Assembly: GCA_035604955.1 (NCBI GenBank) | Contig: DATNHM010000017.1 | Span: 16,853-80,852, forward strand | Origin: Candidatus Limnocylindrales bacterium | GTDB taxonomy: Bacteria; Verrucomicrobiota; Verrucomicrobiia; Limisphaerales; UBA11358 | Length of the DNA stretch: 64,000 nucleotides | Reading direction: 5' to 3' | Shown: positions 63,676-64,000 of the stretch, in pieces | How the letters are laid out: each line of letters opens with the position of its first letter | Position numbering within the stretch: the stretch's first letter is position 1 | Translations under genes and position numbers: made by a program | The notes under the pieces: model-generated | The model's database searches: none | Told to the model about the DNA's origin: nothing | What the model saw: the letters and a program-made list of their open reading frames with translations, nothing else

Positions 63676-64000
63676 CTAGTGAACAATAATCATATCCCAA
63701 TATGCAAGGCTTGGTACAGTGAATAAGACGTAGTTTCCACCGCTGTCGGAATTTTGCGTAAAACTCAGGCTTTGGGCCGTTCCGTTGTTGATATCTGGCG
63801 ACAACACTTTTACGCTGGTTGGCGTGGTGCTGCCGTAGTAGTATTTGGCCGAGAAGTTCGTCTGTGCGGTGGGTACCGGGTAACTGCCATTCACATCCTG
63901 CCAGTCGATGTTCGTCTCGCCAATCAGGTTGATCAGGTTAAGCATACTGACCCCATTTTTTACTTTGCAGAAGGCCCAAACCTCTCCATTGGTGGCCGAA
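63676..64000 (-). CDS. GH66-like paralog, 3' end only (gene continues past the right edge); lacks the accessory C-terminal modules
   Basis: Track ORF 63676..63945 is open upstream to 64000 (hand translation ..SATNGEVWAFCKVKNGVSMLNLINLIG...). It aligns with the 52032..55292 protein (GTVWIISKKTFGYNILHLVNLLNN...GGNYVNFIVPQLQYWDMIWLE versus GGNYVLFTVPSLAYWDMIIVH-stop). Confidence 0.6.
   Translation of the reverse strand, partial: SATNGEVWAFCKVKNGVSMLNLINLIGETNIDWQDVNGSYPVPTAQTNFSAKYYYGSTTPTSVKVLSPDINNGTAQSLSFTQNSDSGGNYVLFTVPSLAYWDMIIVH

Noticed and set aside
1-64000. tRNA, rRNA, CRISPR arrays, transposases, integrases and prophage genes
   Set aside because: Scanning intergenic regions and ORF translations by eye found no cloverleaf-like conserved tRNA boxes, no rRNA-like stretches, no regular repeat-spacer arrays and no DDE, tyrosine or serine recombinase motifs. 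Absence is not proven without tRNAscan, Infernal or HMM searches.

Overview
GC-rich 64-kb chromosomal window. It is probably from a PVC-superphylum (Verrucomicrobiota-like) bacterium. This is inferred from a DUF1559/H-X9-DG pseudopilin, a PEP-CTERM anchored NHL propeller, several secreted proteins ending in a '...FYRL..P' module, and word-like intergenic repeats. I found no rRNA, tRNA, CRISPR array, transposase or integrase by eye.

Content, left to right:
- (1) 1-5057, minus strand: a five-gene, translationally coupled operon of XRE/C-protein-like HTH, C5 cytosine methyltransferase with an extra C-terminal domain, sacsin/MORC-like GHKL ATPase, and two unknown proteins. The last gene runs off the left edge. 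No nuclease is recognisable. It is the best candidate here for an undescribed methylation-linked defence system.
- (2) 5-20 kb: repeat-laden intergenic mosaics and assorted genes. These include a DUF2934 protein, a frameshifted repeat protein, an NHL/PEP-CTERM protein, pirin, an FGE-like protein, an ECF sigma factor with an in-frame TAG, a CheY-like regulator, a clan GH-A hydrolase and a GNAT.
- (3) 20.5-22.4 kb: an AmgK/MurU-like pair.
- (4) 22.6-27.0 kb: a NitT/TauT-type ABC importer whose ATPase is fused to a flavin halogenase-like domain.
- (5) 27.65-28.35 kb: a compact MazF-type toxin-antitoxin cassette bracketed by 49-bp direct repeats that duplicate the 5' end of cobA-hemD.
- (6) 29.9-43.0 kb: one same-strand block of YncE-like propeller, MacA/MacB permease (no ATPase gene), PepSY, two unknowns, OmpR/HK pair, and OMF-MFP-RND efflux genes.
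- (7) 43.3-47.9 kb: an SGNH hydrolase and a LuxR-RR/propeller-HK pair.
- (8) 49.5-64 kb: a lower-GC glycan locus with two GH66-like genes, an (alpha/alpha)6 hydrolase, a 952-aa repeat/CBM protein, a pseudopilin, and a PA14-sensor HK with LuxR RR.

All family calls rest on motif recognition by eye. No searches were run.
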